A DNA stretch of 64,000 nucleotides from an uncultured delta proteobacterium (GCA_963752595.1 CAVVYZ010000015.1:160728-224727); one strand, 5' to 3'; counted from the stretch's first letter, positions 33,486 through 44,537 are shown. The notes: generated from the letters alone by a model not told the origin. Translations and numbers: made by a program.

Positions 33486-34375
33486 AGATCAGAAAGAAAA
33501 AAAAGGTGGTAATCGCACTCGGCGCAGGCGGGGCTCGGGGTCTTGCTCATATCGGAGTCATACGAGCCTTCAAAGAAGCAGGCATCCCCATAGACGGTAT
33601 TGCAGGGATCTCATTCGGGGCCATCATAGGTGCTCTCTATAGCCTCTACACCGATATAGACATGGTCGAGAAGAAGCTCAATGAGTACATGAACTCCTCC
33701 CTTTTCCAGGAGACCAGACGTGAAATGGAGTTGCCGCATCCCGACCGTGCACTGGGATTTTTAGAAAATATCCAGTCCACCATAAGGAAGGGATATTTCT
33801 TTAGCAGGGCGCTGAGCAGGACATCCGTGGTCACACCGGAGACCTTTGTATTTCACATGAAGGAGCTCGTGGGCGGCCACGATTTTCTCGACCTGAATAT
33901 CCCCTTCCGGTGCTCGAGCATAGACCTTATCACCGGTGGCCCGATTATCTTTTCAGACGGGCCCCTTATCACGGCGCTCCAGGCAAGCTGCGCAACCCCT
34001 GGATTTTTCCCGCCGATCCATCTGCACGGGATGCTCCTGGTAGACGGCGGCGTTGCTGAAATGATGCCGGTTTATCTGGCAAAATCGTTCAAGCCCGATT
34101 ATATCATCGGCGTCGATGCTACACGCGAGATCGAGCCCATCTGCGAGGATATTGATATTCACCACAGCCTCGACGTAGTATTCAGGAGCTATGAAATAAC
34201 CCGCGACTTCATGAACGTCTATACCAGCAAGGAATTGGATTGCATTATCCGGCCCATGATCGGCTCCTGCCATTGGTCGGATTTTGAATTTTTCAACCAC
34301 TATGTTGAAGAGGGATATAAGGCTGCCAAATCAAAGATCGAGGAGATCAGGGAGCATATATTCTGGCTCGGGTGA
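33482..34375 (+). CDS. Patatin-like phospholipase
   Basis: GAGGARG, GISFG, DGG. Confidence 0.92.
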   Translation: MKIRKKKKVVIALGAGGARGLAHIGVIRAFKEAGIPIDGIAGISFGAIIGALYSLYTDIDMVEKKLNEYMNSSLFQETRREMELPHPDRALGFLENIQSTIRKGYFFSRALSRTSVVTPETFVFHMKELVGGHDFLDLNIPFRCSSIDLITGGPIIFSDGPLITALQASCATPGFFPPIHLHGMLLVDGGVAEMMPVYLAKSFKPDYIIGVDATREIEPICEDIDIHHSLDVVFRSYEITRDFMNVYTSKELDCIIRPMIGSCHWSDFEFFNHYVEEGYKAAKSKIEEIREHIFWLG

Positions 34376-34380
34376 CAAAA

Positions 34381-34420
34381 AATCCAGAGGACTGGCAGGA
34401 ATCCGTCCCCTGGATTCATT
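34381..34420. terminator. Hairpin between convergent genes
   Basis: aatccag...ctggatt stem. Confidence 0.45.
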
Positions 34421-34443
34421 TTCGATTTCTTAGATCCTGCCGG

Positions 34444-35229
34444 TTACATGGCCCCGAGACCGCCATCCAATGGGATTACTGCGCCCGTGACGAAGTTGGA
34501 TGCCTGGGATGCGAGGAATACTGCCAGTGCCTTGATATGATCTGCCTCGCCGTACATATGAAGCGGTATCTGACCGATCATGATATCCAGGATCGCCGTC
34601 ATCTCCGGCTTGAAGATATATTCCATCATGTCGGTGCGGAAGAAACCCGGAGCGATGCAATTTACGTATATTTTGTGCCGGGCAAGCTTGACGGCCAAAT
34701 TCTTGGTGAGGACCTCGATAGCAGCTTTGGACGGGTTGTATGCAACGGCCGGATGCCCTTCCTCGATCGAGCCCCGGGACCCGAATATGGAGGAGATGTT
34801 GATGATCTTTCCGCCGCCCTTTTCCTTCATGACATTGGCTACCATCTGGGAGAGCACCCAGACTCCGCGGACATTGACTGCAAAGATCTTGTCCCACTTA
34901 TCCAGAGGAAACTGCAGTGTCGGGGCGCCCCAGGTGATTCCGGCGTTGTTCACGAGGATATCGATCTTCCCGAATTCCTTCATGGCGGTATCCACCAGGT
35001 TCTTGATATCTTCCTCTGACGATGTATCACATTTGACTGCCAGGGTCTTTACCCCCAGGGCCTTGAAATCGGTACATGCCTCTTCACACTTCTGAACCTT
35101 CCGGGATGCAACGACGAGATCGGCCCCGGCCTCGGCAAGGCCTTCGGCGATGAATTTCCCGATGCCCCTGCCGCCCCCGGTTACGATTGCTACCTTGCCC
35201 TTGAGATCCATTAATTCGTTGACCTTCAT
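34444..35229 (-). CDS. Short-chain dehydrogenase/reductase
   Basis: TGGGRGIG, NNAG, YNPSK, PGFF. Confidence 0.93.
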   Translation of the reverse strand: MKVNELMDLKGKVAIVTGGGRGIGKFIAEGLAEAGADLVVASRKVQKCEEACTDFKALGVKTLAVKCDTSSEEDIKNLVDTAMKEFGKIDILVNNAGITWGAPTLQFPLDKWDKIFAVNVRGVWVLSQMVANVMKEKGGGKIINISSIFGSRGSIEEGHPAVAYNPSKAAIEVLTKNLAVKLARHKIYVNCIAPGFFRTDMMEYIFKPEMTAILDIMIGQIPLHMYGEADHIKALAVFLASQASNFVTGAVIPLDGGLGAM

Positions 35230-35283
35230 GTAATCTTCCTCCTTACCTTTGTGTTTTCCCCTAACGAGTGCGATCCTTCAAGC

Positions 35284-35850
35284 TTAAGGGGTCTTCAATA
35301 ATTGCTGCAGGATCTCCAGCGAATTATTTTCAATGTCTGTGTGCAGGGATTTCCCGATTGAATCCATGGTAACGAGTGCAGGCAGGCCCGATACCCGAAG
35401 GACCCACATGGCTTCGGGCTGACCGAATTCCAGGAGGTGGACATCCTCGACGCACTCTACCATCCGTGCAATGTATGAAGCAGCCCCGCCCGTGAGGTGG
35501 AGGTATGCGCATCCTTCCTCTTGGAGCGCCTGCCCCGTGCTTTTTCCCATGCCGCCTTTGCCCATGACGGCACCCGGATGGTATTTCCTGATCACATCCG
35601 CCTCATAGGGCTCTTCGCGCATTGAGGTGGTGGGGCCTGCGGCTATGACGCGCCAGGTATCGTTATCCTTTATCACCACCGGGCCGCAGTGGTAGATCAC
35701 CATCCCGGAAAGATCAAGGGGAGGCGTTCCTCCGGATGCGAGATATTTATGGACCTGGTCCCTGGCCGTTACGATCCTCCCGGAAATAAGTACCTGGTCT
35801 CCGACCCGTAATGATCGTGCGGTTTCAGACGACAGGGGAGACGAGATCAT
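35284..35850 (-). CDS. Fe-S hydro-lyase (fumarate/tartrate) beta subunit
   Basis: TARD, YHCGP, AGPTTSMR, GKGG. Confidence 0.9.
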   Translation of the reverse strand: MISSPLSSETARSLRVGDQVLISGRIVTARDQVHKYLASGGTPPLDLSGMVIYHCGPVVIKDNDTWRVIAAGPTTSMREEPYEADVIRKYHPGAVMGKGGMGKSTGQALQEEGCAYLHLTGGAASYIARMVECVEDVHLLEFGQPEAMWVLRVSGLPALVTMDSIGKSLHTDIENNSLEILQQLLKTP

Positions 35851-35852
35851 CT

Positions 35853-36731
35853 TTACAGCCAATGGACGATCCTCCCCTCTGTGTCGAGCTCGGCACTGAT
35901 GCGCCTCGTTGCCCAGCATGAATAGCTTATCGTGACGAAGAAGCTCGCAGGGTGCCTTCCTGCATATCCGATCCTTGCTCCGAGCAGAGTCGTACGGCCG
36001 CCCAAACCCATGGGGCCGATACCCAATGAGTTTGCCTGCTCCATGACCGTTTCTTCGAGCTTTGCCAGGATCTTGCAGGTATTGGCCTCATCGAGCCTGC
36101 GGAAGAGCATCTCCTTGGCGATGAGATAGCCGGATGCCCGGTCGCCGCCGACACACGCCCCGATGATCCCCGGGGCGCATCCCTTGCCCTGGGCATGGAA
36201 GACCGCATCGAGGATGCACTTTCTGACCCCGTCCGGATCTCTCCCTGCATCGAGCCCGGAATCGGGCAGCGAGTACTGGGTGCTCACATTCTCCGACCCG
36301 CCTCCCTTAAGCATGACCGAGACTGTCGTAGGGCCGTCTGACGGCAAAAGATGAACCTGGGGCACGTGCTCGCCGATATTGTCTCCGGTGTTTTTCCCGG
36401 ACAGGGGGTCAACGCAGTTCTGCCTGAGGATTCCCTTCCTTGTGAGGAATCGGGTTGCTTCCTTGAAGGCAGGTTCTATCTCGAGAATCGATTGGTCTGG
36501 CCTGGACCTTATGATCGCCATGATGGACCCGGTATCCTGGCAGATGGGGGCTCCGGATTTTTTCGACTGCTCGGCGCTCTCGAGGATCACGCCCAAGGTA
36601 TCTCCGGCAATTGAGCCTTTCTGCTCCTTCTGGTAAGCGTTCTCAAGTGCTTGACGTACATCCTGCGGCAATTCGGTGCTTGCCTTCTCGATGAGGGTCT
36701 GCAAACTGTTCTGGAGTATCGATCTGTCCAT
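35853..36731 (-). CDS. Fe-S hydro-lyase (fumarate/tartrate) alpha subunit
   Basis: PICQDTG, KGGGSEN, GIGPMGLGG, RHPAS, CWA. Confidence 0.9.
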   Translation of the reverse strand: MDRSILQNSLQTLIEKASTELPQDVRQALENAYQKEQKGSIAGDTLGVILESAEQSKKSGAPICQDTGSIMAIIRSRPDQSILEIEPAFKEATRFLTRKGILRQNCVDPLSGKNTGDNIGEHVPQVHLLPSDGPTTVSVMLKGGGSENVSTQYSLPDSGLDAGRDPDGVRKCILDAVFHAQGKGCAPGIIGACVGGDRASGYLIAKEMLFRRLDEANTCKILAKLEETVMEQANSLGIGPMGLGGRTTLLGARIGYAGRHPASFFVTISYSCWATRRISAELDTEGRIVHWL

Positions 36732-36900
36732 CGCAGGAATGTATACCACAGAGTTCATCCCTTTTCCAAGGCAACTGCATAATTCCGGTAAATCTTTTTT
36801 ATTGCAGGCCTCAAGATAATTCTATTGAAGGAACAGAACGTTCACGGTACTAAGAGAGACTGAAGTTAAAAAGAAATACGATAGTTCTCCGGACGGGTGC

Positions 36901-37449
36901 ATGGAGAAGAAATTCAGTGATTATGAAGAGAATGTGAAAACCGCCCTTGAAGGGCTGAAGCGGCGTGAGACCGATATCGTCCGGCTGGCCGGGGAGAGCG
37001 TTCTGCTCCTCTCAAAACCGGACACGGTTCACGCATCCGTTACGGCGGATATTTCGAAACCCCTGGTATGGATCGATGCAGAAAAGATGCTGAAGACACT
37101 CGTCAGCCTGGAGACCAATGCAGTTGAGGCAATGCCGGAAGGGGGAGCCCTCTCTGTCCATGTGGAGGGAGATGCCGATCAGGTGGTCATCACCATCCTG
37201 GATACCGGTACGGGAATTTCCCGTGTGAACATGGACAAGCTCTTCACCCCTTTTTTTACCACGAAACCCGTGGGGGAGGGGACAGGCCTGGGATTGCCGA
37301 GGGCGTACGCGGCCGTCAAGCTGCACGGAGGGAGAATAGAAGTCGAATCAAACGACGATCCGGACAAGGGCCCCCGGGGAACGCGGATACGCATCATCCT
37401 GCCTCGGTGGAGGCCGGACCTGACAAAAGTGATTCTCCATGACGAATGA
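36901..37449 (+). CDS. Stand-alone HATPase_c domain (histidine kinase C-terminal fragment)
   Basis: NAVEAM, DTGTG, FTPFFTTK, GTGLGL; no H-box seen. Confidence 0.75.
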   Translation: MEKKFSDYEENVKTALEGLKRRETDIVRLAGESVLLLSKPDTVHASVTADISKPLVWIDAEKMLKTLVSLETNAVEAMPEGGALSVHVEGDADQVVITILDTGTGISRVNMDKLFTPFFTTKPVGEGTGLGLPRAYAAVKLHGGRIEVESNDDPDKGPRGTRIRIILPRWRPDLTKVILHDE

Positions 37450-37479
37450 GCCAATATGGGGTGATTGAGCCCTGCCGGA

Positions 37480-38660
37480 TCAGATTTTTTCCACTTCAAC
37501 GTATTTCCCGCGCTGAGTCAGTACCTGTACCAGCTCCCTGATATAGACCATGCGCATGGGTTCGCCGCGGATAATGTCCGCCACCTGGTTCGGGTTGATT
37601 GCGGTGCCGACGATCAGGCGGATCTCGTCGGCCAGCAGAAGCGATCGGGCCAGGCGGGTCGCTGCGTCTTTGTCATGGGGCAGGTCATGGATGGTTTTTG
37701 CCGGTCCGCAGGAGCTCCGCTGCCTGACCAAGGGTCAGGATGCCTTCGGTCACCAGGTCCACCCCCTTCAGCAGTGCCGTGGGAGGGGAGCCTTTTTTCT
37801 GCTTGGGGGAATCCTGTTTCGCTTTGCCGGGCGGCATCCAATCCACGTTCAAGCTCTTCCTCGAGCACCCGGGCCGCCATCTGTGCAGTGCTGCCGCCGC
37901 AGATGATCTTTTCCCCTTCCGCACTCATCAGCGTCGATACGGCAAACTCGTCCATTTCCTTGTTTGCCGGCGGGCCCGTGAGCATCGTCGCGGAAACGGC
38001 GGGCCGAACCCGCATGCTGATGACCGTTGCATCGTCGCCCGGCTTGTCATCGTACAGCTTCAGGCATGTCCGGGACAGGGCCCGGGTCAGTTTGATGCGT
38101 ATCGATAACCCCTGTCTCCACGCAGCGCCGCACTGCCAGGGCGATATTCTTCCATCCCCAGCCCAGCCGGTAGAGCCCGCCCACGCCGGCGTGGTCGTAT
38201 CCGTCGCTGATCAGGACCATGTAGTCGTTTTCCTTGAGCTCGAAGCGTGCCTCGCGGATCAGGCGCCCCTTACTCCCGTTCCTCCACGGGGAGGTCGACC
38301 AGGGCATCGTCGCGTACCAGGATCAGCGGCGGGGAATCGAACTCCACCAGATGCGCATCGTGTCCATGGTACACCTTCAGCATGGCGAAGGTTGCGTAGG
38401 CAAGCTTGCGCACCTGCATTCCGGCAGGGTTTCCACCAGCGTCTCCATCACATCTTCCACGGCGCGCCCGATTCGAACATCCGGGACGGCGATTTCCGCC
38501 GTGAGCGTCGACATGATGTTGGCCTTGACGCCGCTGCCCAGGCCGTCGGAGAGCACGGCGACGAAAGAGTCGGGGTCGTCCTGATGATGACCGAATCCCC
38601 GCACAGCTCCTCTCCGGCCTTGTTCAGGCTTTCCCAGGCAAACTCGACGATCTGCCTCAC
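37480..38660 (-). CDS. SpoIIE/PP2C Ser phosphatase (HfsC-like); frameshifted
   Basis: LNKAGEELCGD, LSDGLGSGVKANI, SDG..HAGVG, TGPP, ICGGSTA, VTEGILTL, VGTAINP. Confidence 0.88.
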
Positions 38661-40402
38661 TTGGTCCCTTCCTCTTCGAGCAGTTTGGCCAGATGGGAAA
38701 CCATCATCTTGCTCTCTGCCGTCGTTTCACCCAAGGAGCTGGGCGATCTCATGGGCGACGCGCATCTGCTTGCTCACCACCTCCTGGGTTCTTCGCAAGC
38801 GTTTCGTCGCGGAGCGTGTTGAACTTCTCCCGCTCCTTCTCCCGTTCGGTCACGTCGCGGAGGATTGCCACCATCAGCGTCTGCCCTTCGACCCGGACGA
38901 TGGTCTGCTCGACGATGATGTCTTCCCTGAGCTGGCGGGCTTTGCCCGATGACAGGCTCTCCCGTGTCGCGCACCTAGATAAAATCGTCCAGGACGGGCA
39001 TGAGAGCGTGACAGATGTTGTCCGCTGTACATCCGACCAGCTTGCAGTTGAACAGCTTCTCCGCGGAGGGGGACATGTCCTGGATGATGAGGTCATTATC
39101 GACGATGAGGATCGCGTTCGGCGTGACGTCCATGACGACCTGGCGCAGCGACTCCGCCCGGCGGCGCATGTAAGGGATGCACATGGTGGCCTCCGCCATG
39201 CCCCGCAGCGTGGCCACGGCCTTTTCCCGGCAGGTCGGATACCCGCAGGCGCCGCAGTTCAGCTCATCGTCCGGCGTGTACTTGTTGACGCGGTGCAGGA
39301 CCTCCTGGATCTGCTCTTCGCTGAATTCCGGGACGTGCTCCTTCCTGTCGCTGTAGGTGCGTTCCAGTGGAGGCCAGTCTCTCGCGGGGTATCGCAGGTC
39401 CGGCTGGTCGATGCGGCATGGAACTCGATAATCCGCTGCCGCGCCAGATAGATGCCGCCCGGCAACATCGGCCATGGCCGGGCCGTTGATGCACCCGCCC
39501 TTGCAGGCCAGCAGCTCGACCAGGCAGGCATCCAGCTTGCCCGGAGCGGATGTCGCGCAGCACTTCCTCGCAGGCATCCAGCCCGGAGGCGACGATCATC
39601 TGGCTGCCCAGGATATCGGTGTCCATGCTGGCCGTGCCGACCAGGCCACCCTCGATCGGGAAACAGCCGGGCATTTTCCGGGCCGTTGGTCTCTCCGATG
39701 CCTTTCGGATACCGGACTGCAGTCCGATGCCGTTTTCCGTCATCCATTCCTGCAGGCCGTGGAAGGTCATGGCCGCATCGATCGCACATGCCACACGGAC
39801 TCCTCGGGCATCTCCGTTTCTTGGCAATGCACGGGCCGATGAAGACGATGATATGCCTCCGGACCGTATTTTTCGGCCAGGAGGCGTCCATGGGCGATCA
39901 TCGGGAGAAACAATGGGCGCCAGGTGGCGGAATCAGGTCGGGGTAATACTGCTCGATGAGATTGACGACGACCGGGCAGGACGAAGCGATGACCGGCCAT
40001 GCGTCCCGGTCCTTCTCCATGTACTCCCGGTGGGCCAGGGCCACGATCTCCGCCCCGAAGGCCGTTTCTTCGGCCGCATGAAAGCCCGAGGTTCTTCAGG
40101 GCCGTTCTCCATCTGGCGAGAAACTCTTGCATACCGAAGAAGGCCGGGGCAGAAGGGGCGACGGATGCGACGACCATGCCGGCCTTCGGCCATGGCCGTT
40201 CATGACGTCCGGCCTGGCGCTTCTGATGCTCTTTGCGCCTTCTGGGGGCAGACACGAACGCAGGTGCCGCAGACGATGCAGAGCTCCGGAACGACCTGGG
40301 CCTGGCCGTCCTTTACCCGGATGGCCTTGACATCGCAGTTGCGCACGCAGCGGTAGCAGTCACGGCATCGGGCCGGGTTGGTGCTGATAACGGTTCATTC
40401 AT
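38657..40402 (-). CDS. Putative sensory group C [FeFe]-hydrogenase with FeS and PAS domains (HydS/HfsB-like); frameshifted
   Basis: CRDCYRCVRNC; H-domain IASSCPVV / IGPCIAKK / ELLACKGGCINGP; LNCGACGYPTCREKA; TPNAILIVD. Confidence 0.85.
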
Positions 40403-40441
40403 GATGTCTCCTCTCATTCTGAGGAAACCGGCCATGGCCTG

Positions 40442-40692
40442 TCAGATCGATCGCGGCATCGATCTCCCTGTAGAAAGAAGCTCGGCCTCCTCGGGGCGGA
40501 TTCCGCTGAATGCACGGTCTCCGACCCGCACGGATACTCCCTTTCGAGCAGGTATCCATGCAGAAGGCGCCGACCATATCCACGAGCCCTTCCAGGTTCT
40601 CTTTTTCGATCAGCCGCTGGAATTCGAGGCCAGTTCGTCCGAGCCGCGGACACTGCAGGAGGACTACCGACGCAGATCGTCACAATCAGCAT
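40442..40692 (-). CDS. Thioredoxin-like [2Fe-2S] ferredoxin (HfsA-like); frameshifted
   Basis: TICVGS.C.VRG and GAFCMDTC. Confidence 0.75.
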
Positions 40693-40696
40693 GCCT

Positions 40697-43600
40697 TTAT
40701 CCCTTCGCTCTTTTCATTGCATCGAGTAACGGCATCAGGTGTCCGTCGATGATAGCGGCTGCATCTGCCGGATCCACGAATACCGATGATCCTTTTGCCG
40801 ACAATGATATTCGGTCCGCCTCTCGCACTGGCCGGTACAGAACCGGGCCTTGACCCGGAAGCGCTCCGACAGGCCGCGCCGCCGCAAGTTCGGCCGCCAG
40901 GCCTTCCAGAAGCTGCCAGGACCCCTTGACGTAGCAGTTGGTGCCGATGCAGACGCCGACATCGATCACCGGCTCTTCTTTCAGCGATTCCTCGACGGAC
41001 GTCTCCTCGAGCCGCATGGAGCGGCGGCCGTAGGTCGTGTGCAGGGCATGGTGCGACGTTTCGCTGTCCGGCTCGCCCAGCCAGTTGCTGTAGACGGCCT
41101 GGACGGACGGGTTGTCCTGGCTGGTCCTGATCGGCGCTTCCCGGTCCAGGCGGTAGAGGACTTCCAGGCGCTCCTCCGTATCACTGGTCAATTGCGGGGC
41201 CGGGTTGCCGGAGCCGTTGATGCAGCCGCCGGGGCAGGCCATGACCTCGATCAGATCGTAGGGGGCATCGCCGGCCCGGATGCGGTCGATCAGCTGCTGG
41301 GCGTTCTGCAGGCCGCTGACCACGGCCAGGCGAACCTGCGATCGCCCAGAGTGACGTTGGTTTCCTTGACCCCCTGCAGCCCTCGGACGCCTTCATAGCT
41401 GAAGCTTTCCATGCGGTTGTCCGTGATGCGTTCCGCCGCCAGGCGCAGGGCTGCTTCGGCCACGCCGCCGCTGGCGCCGAAGATGATGCCGGCGCCGCTG
41501 ACCTTGCCGAAAAAGGCGTCCACGGGAGCGGCTTGATGACGTCGGGGATCCAGGTGCTTCTCCGCGAACATCTCGATGATGTCGTTGGTGGTCAGGACCG
41601 CGTCCACGTCGGGAATGCCGCCTGCGGTGAATTCCGGGCGCTTGCCTCGTACTTCTTGGCGTTGCAGGGCATGATGGACACGAAGTACAGGAGCTCCGGC
41701 CGGACGCCCGAGCTGTTTGGCGAAGTACTGCTTCATGACCGCGCCGAACATCTGCTGGGGCGACTTGCAGGAGGAGAGATGGGGCAGGATATCCGGCGCC
41801 ATCTTCTCGCAGTAGTTGACCCAGGCCGGGCAGCAGGAGGTGAACTGCGGCAGGACGCCCCCTTCCGCCAGGCGGCTGAGGAACTCGGTGCCTTCTTCCA
41901 TGATGGTCAGGTCGGCGGCCCAGCAGGTGTCGAAGACGTAGTTGAAGCCGAGCTGTTTCAGGCCTGCGCTCAGGATACGGCATGGCTTCGGCCGGCGTCG
42001 ATGCCGTAGTGCTGGCCGAAGGCGGCGCGCACCGCCGGGGCGATCTGGGCCACCACGGTCAGCTCCGGGTTATGCAGGGCCCGGTAGACCGTGCGGGAGC
42101 ACCGGCTTGAAGGTCAGCGCGCCGGTGGGGCAGACTGGTGGCGCAGTGGCCGCAGGCGACGCAGGTGGTCTTATCCAGCGGGCGGTGATCGTTCGGCCCG
42201 ATGGTCAGGATGTTGTTGGTTTCGTAGAAGCTCAGCGCCGAGACGCCTTCCATTTCACGGCAGACTTTCAGGCACAGGCCGCACAGGATGCATTTGCCGG
42301 GATCGCGCGTGATGATCGGGTGGTTGTCATCGATGGGCAGCGGTTGTGCAGGTCGGCTCTTGTCGAACGTGACGCCATAGAGCGCTGGCATAATTCCGCA
42401 GAGCGCAGTCGTACCGCTCCGTGCAGCCGCAGGCCAGGCAGCGCGACGCCTCTGCCATGGCGGTCTCCGTGTCCCAGGTCTCGTCGATTCATCAAATGAT
42501 CCTTTCTGCGATCTGTGAGGGAAGTGCCGGAATTTCACGGCGCTCCGCGGCCGGACGCCCTTGAACGTATCTTCCGGTACATCCTGCCAGTTTCCCTTGC
42601 TGCAGGTGTAGGGCTCGGCGGAGGCGTCGACGCGTCCGCTGCGGACGAGCTGGTCGATGGCGTCGGCGGCGCGCCTGCCGGCGCCGATGGCGGCCACGGC
42701 GATATCGGGGCCGGTAATGCAGTCGCCGCCGGAAAAGACCCAGGGCAGCGCTGGTCTGCATGGTTGCCGGATCGACCTTGACGGCGCCCCGTTTGTCGAT
42801 CAGGGGCTCGTCGCCGATGCAGAATCCGTCGACGGCCTGGCCGATGGCCGAGATGATCGTGTCGGCGGTCAGGGTGAACTCGGAGCCGGCAACGGGCACA
42901 GGCCGGCGCCGGCCGCTGTCGTCCGGTTCGCCCAGAGCCATGCGGATGCAGTTCAGCTGGAGCATGGCGCCGGCGGGTTTGATGGAAACGGGTGCGGTCA
43001 GGAACTGGATATTGACGCCTTCTTCGATGGCCTCTTCGACCTCGATCTCCTGCGCAGGCATTTCCTGCCGGGTCCGCCGGTAGACGATGGTCACATCCTT
43101 GGCGCCCAGGCGGACGGCGCTGCGGGCGGCATCCATGGCCGTATTGCCGCCGCCGAGGACGAGAACCCGATCGCCGAGGTCCGGGCTTTTCGTCCCGGGC
43201 GAGCCTGGCGAGAAAATCGAGGCCGGACATGACGCCCGGCAGGTCTTCGCCCTCCACGCCGATGGCCGTGGCCTTCTGCGCGCCCAGCCCGATAAAGACG
43301 GCGCGTATAGCCGTCTCCTTTCAGCGACTCGAGGGTGAAGTCACGGCCCAGCTTCTTATTGTACTGGATCTCGACGCCCAGGTCGAGGATCGACTGGATC
43401 TCCGCGTCAAGCACTTTTTCCGGCAGGCGGTAGTAAGGGATTCCCCAGCGGAGCATACCGCCGGCCGCCTCCTGCATCTCGAAGATCGTCACGCTGTGGC
43501 CCATCCGGCGCAGGAAGTAGGCGGCGGTCAAGCCGGCCGGGCCCGGCGCCGATGACGGCCACCCGGATGCCCGTATCCGGAAGGCAATCAGGCTTGTAGG

Positions 43601-44146
43601 GGAGAGCTGATAGCGGTCCCAGTCGGCAACGAAACGCTTGACGGCATTGATATTAACTGCGCCGTCCAGGGCGTTGCGGCGGCAGTCGGCCTCGCAGGGA
43701 TGCGGGCAGACGCGTCCGCAGACAGACGGCAGGGGGTTGCTTTCCTTGATGACCTCCAGGGCCTCGGCAAAATTGCCTGCAGCGACGTGGTAAAGGTATT
43801 TCTGAATATCGATATGGGCCGGACACCGCTGCACGCAGGGTGCAACGCAGTCGCCATAATGGTTGCGCAGCAGGGCCTGGAGATAGATTTTCCGGAAGCT
43901 GTCCATGGCATCGGAATTCGTCCGAATCACCATGCCGTCATGCACCGGCGTCGAAGTTGCGGAGACGAATCGTGATGTGCCGCCATCCAAGATTTCCACA
44001 AAGGCAATCTCGATATCACTCGGGGGACTGACTCTGGGGTCATACTCCAAGGCCGGGATATCGATGCCGTTTGCCCGCGCCGCGTCGATAATCGTCATGG
44101 TGCTTTCTGCAATGTATGTCTTATCGTCGATCCTGATGGTAAGCAT
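40697..44146 (-). CDS. Fusion: degenerate Fer2 domain, GltD-like FAD/NADPH oxidoreductase, 2x[4Fe-4S], [FeFe] H-cluster, thioredoxin-like [2Fe-2S]; frameshifted
   Basis: HYGDCVAPCVQRCP, CGRVCPHPCE, GMLRWGIP, AARSAVRLGA..YRR, KCILCGLC, FTSCCPAW, EVMACPGGCING, CIGTNC. Confidence 0.8.
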
Positions 44147-44537
44147 CTCTTCCTCCCCGATCTCTTGTTTGTATGAGAATTACCCTGGTGATCTGCCTCC
44201 TGGATACCGGCTCGGAATCACATATGATTCGATTAATCCTGAAATGGCAGAGCTGACGCCGCACATGTTTTTATCAATCGATTTGATCATGAGACCCGTC
44301 AGCTCGGAGACCCTGTACATCCCGGTTCCTCTCCTTACCCATGGGCTATTTATGAACTGCCCTCTATCTGAAGTCAATATACCTTCACGCCTGTTTAAAG
44401 ACGGGTTTTGATTCATTTATATGCTATCAGAAATATTATATAATATAAAGCAAATTGCTAATGAATGGTAATATGATGGTTAATAACCTGAAATAACAAG
44501 TAAATAAGATCGTAAACCCAAAAGAATGCCCGGATGC

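Noticed and set aside
38975-38977. In-frame TAG in the HydS-like gene (DDFI*VRD), possible pyrrolysine or recoding
   Set aside because: TAG is an ordinary stop elsewhere (pilin, hydC, hydA). ATCTAGG could derive from ATCCAGG by one C-to-T miscall or mutation.
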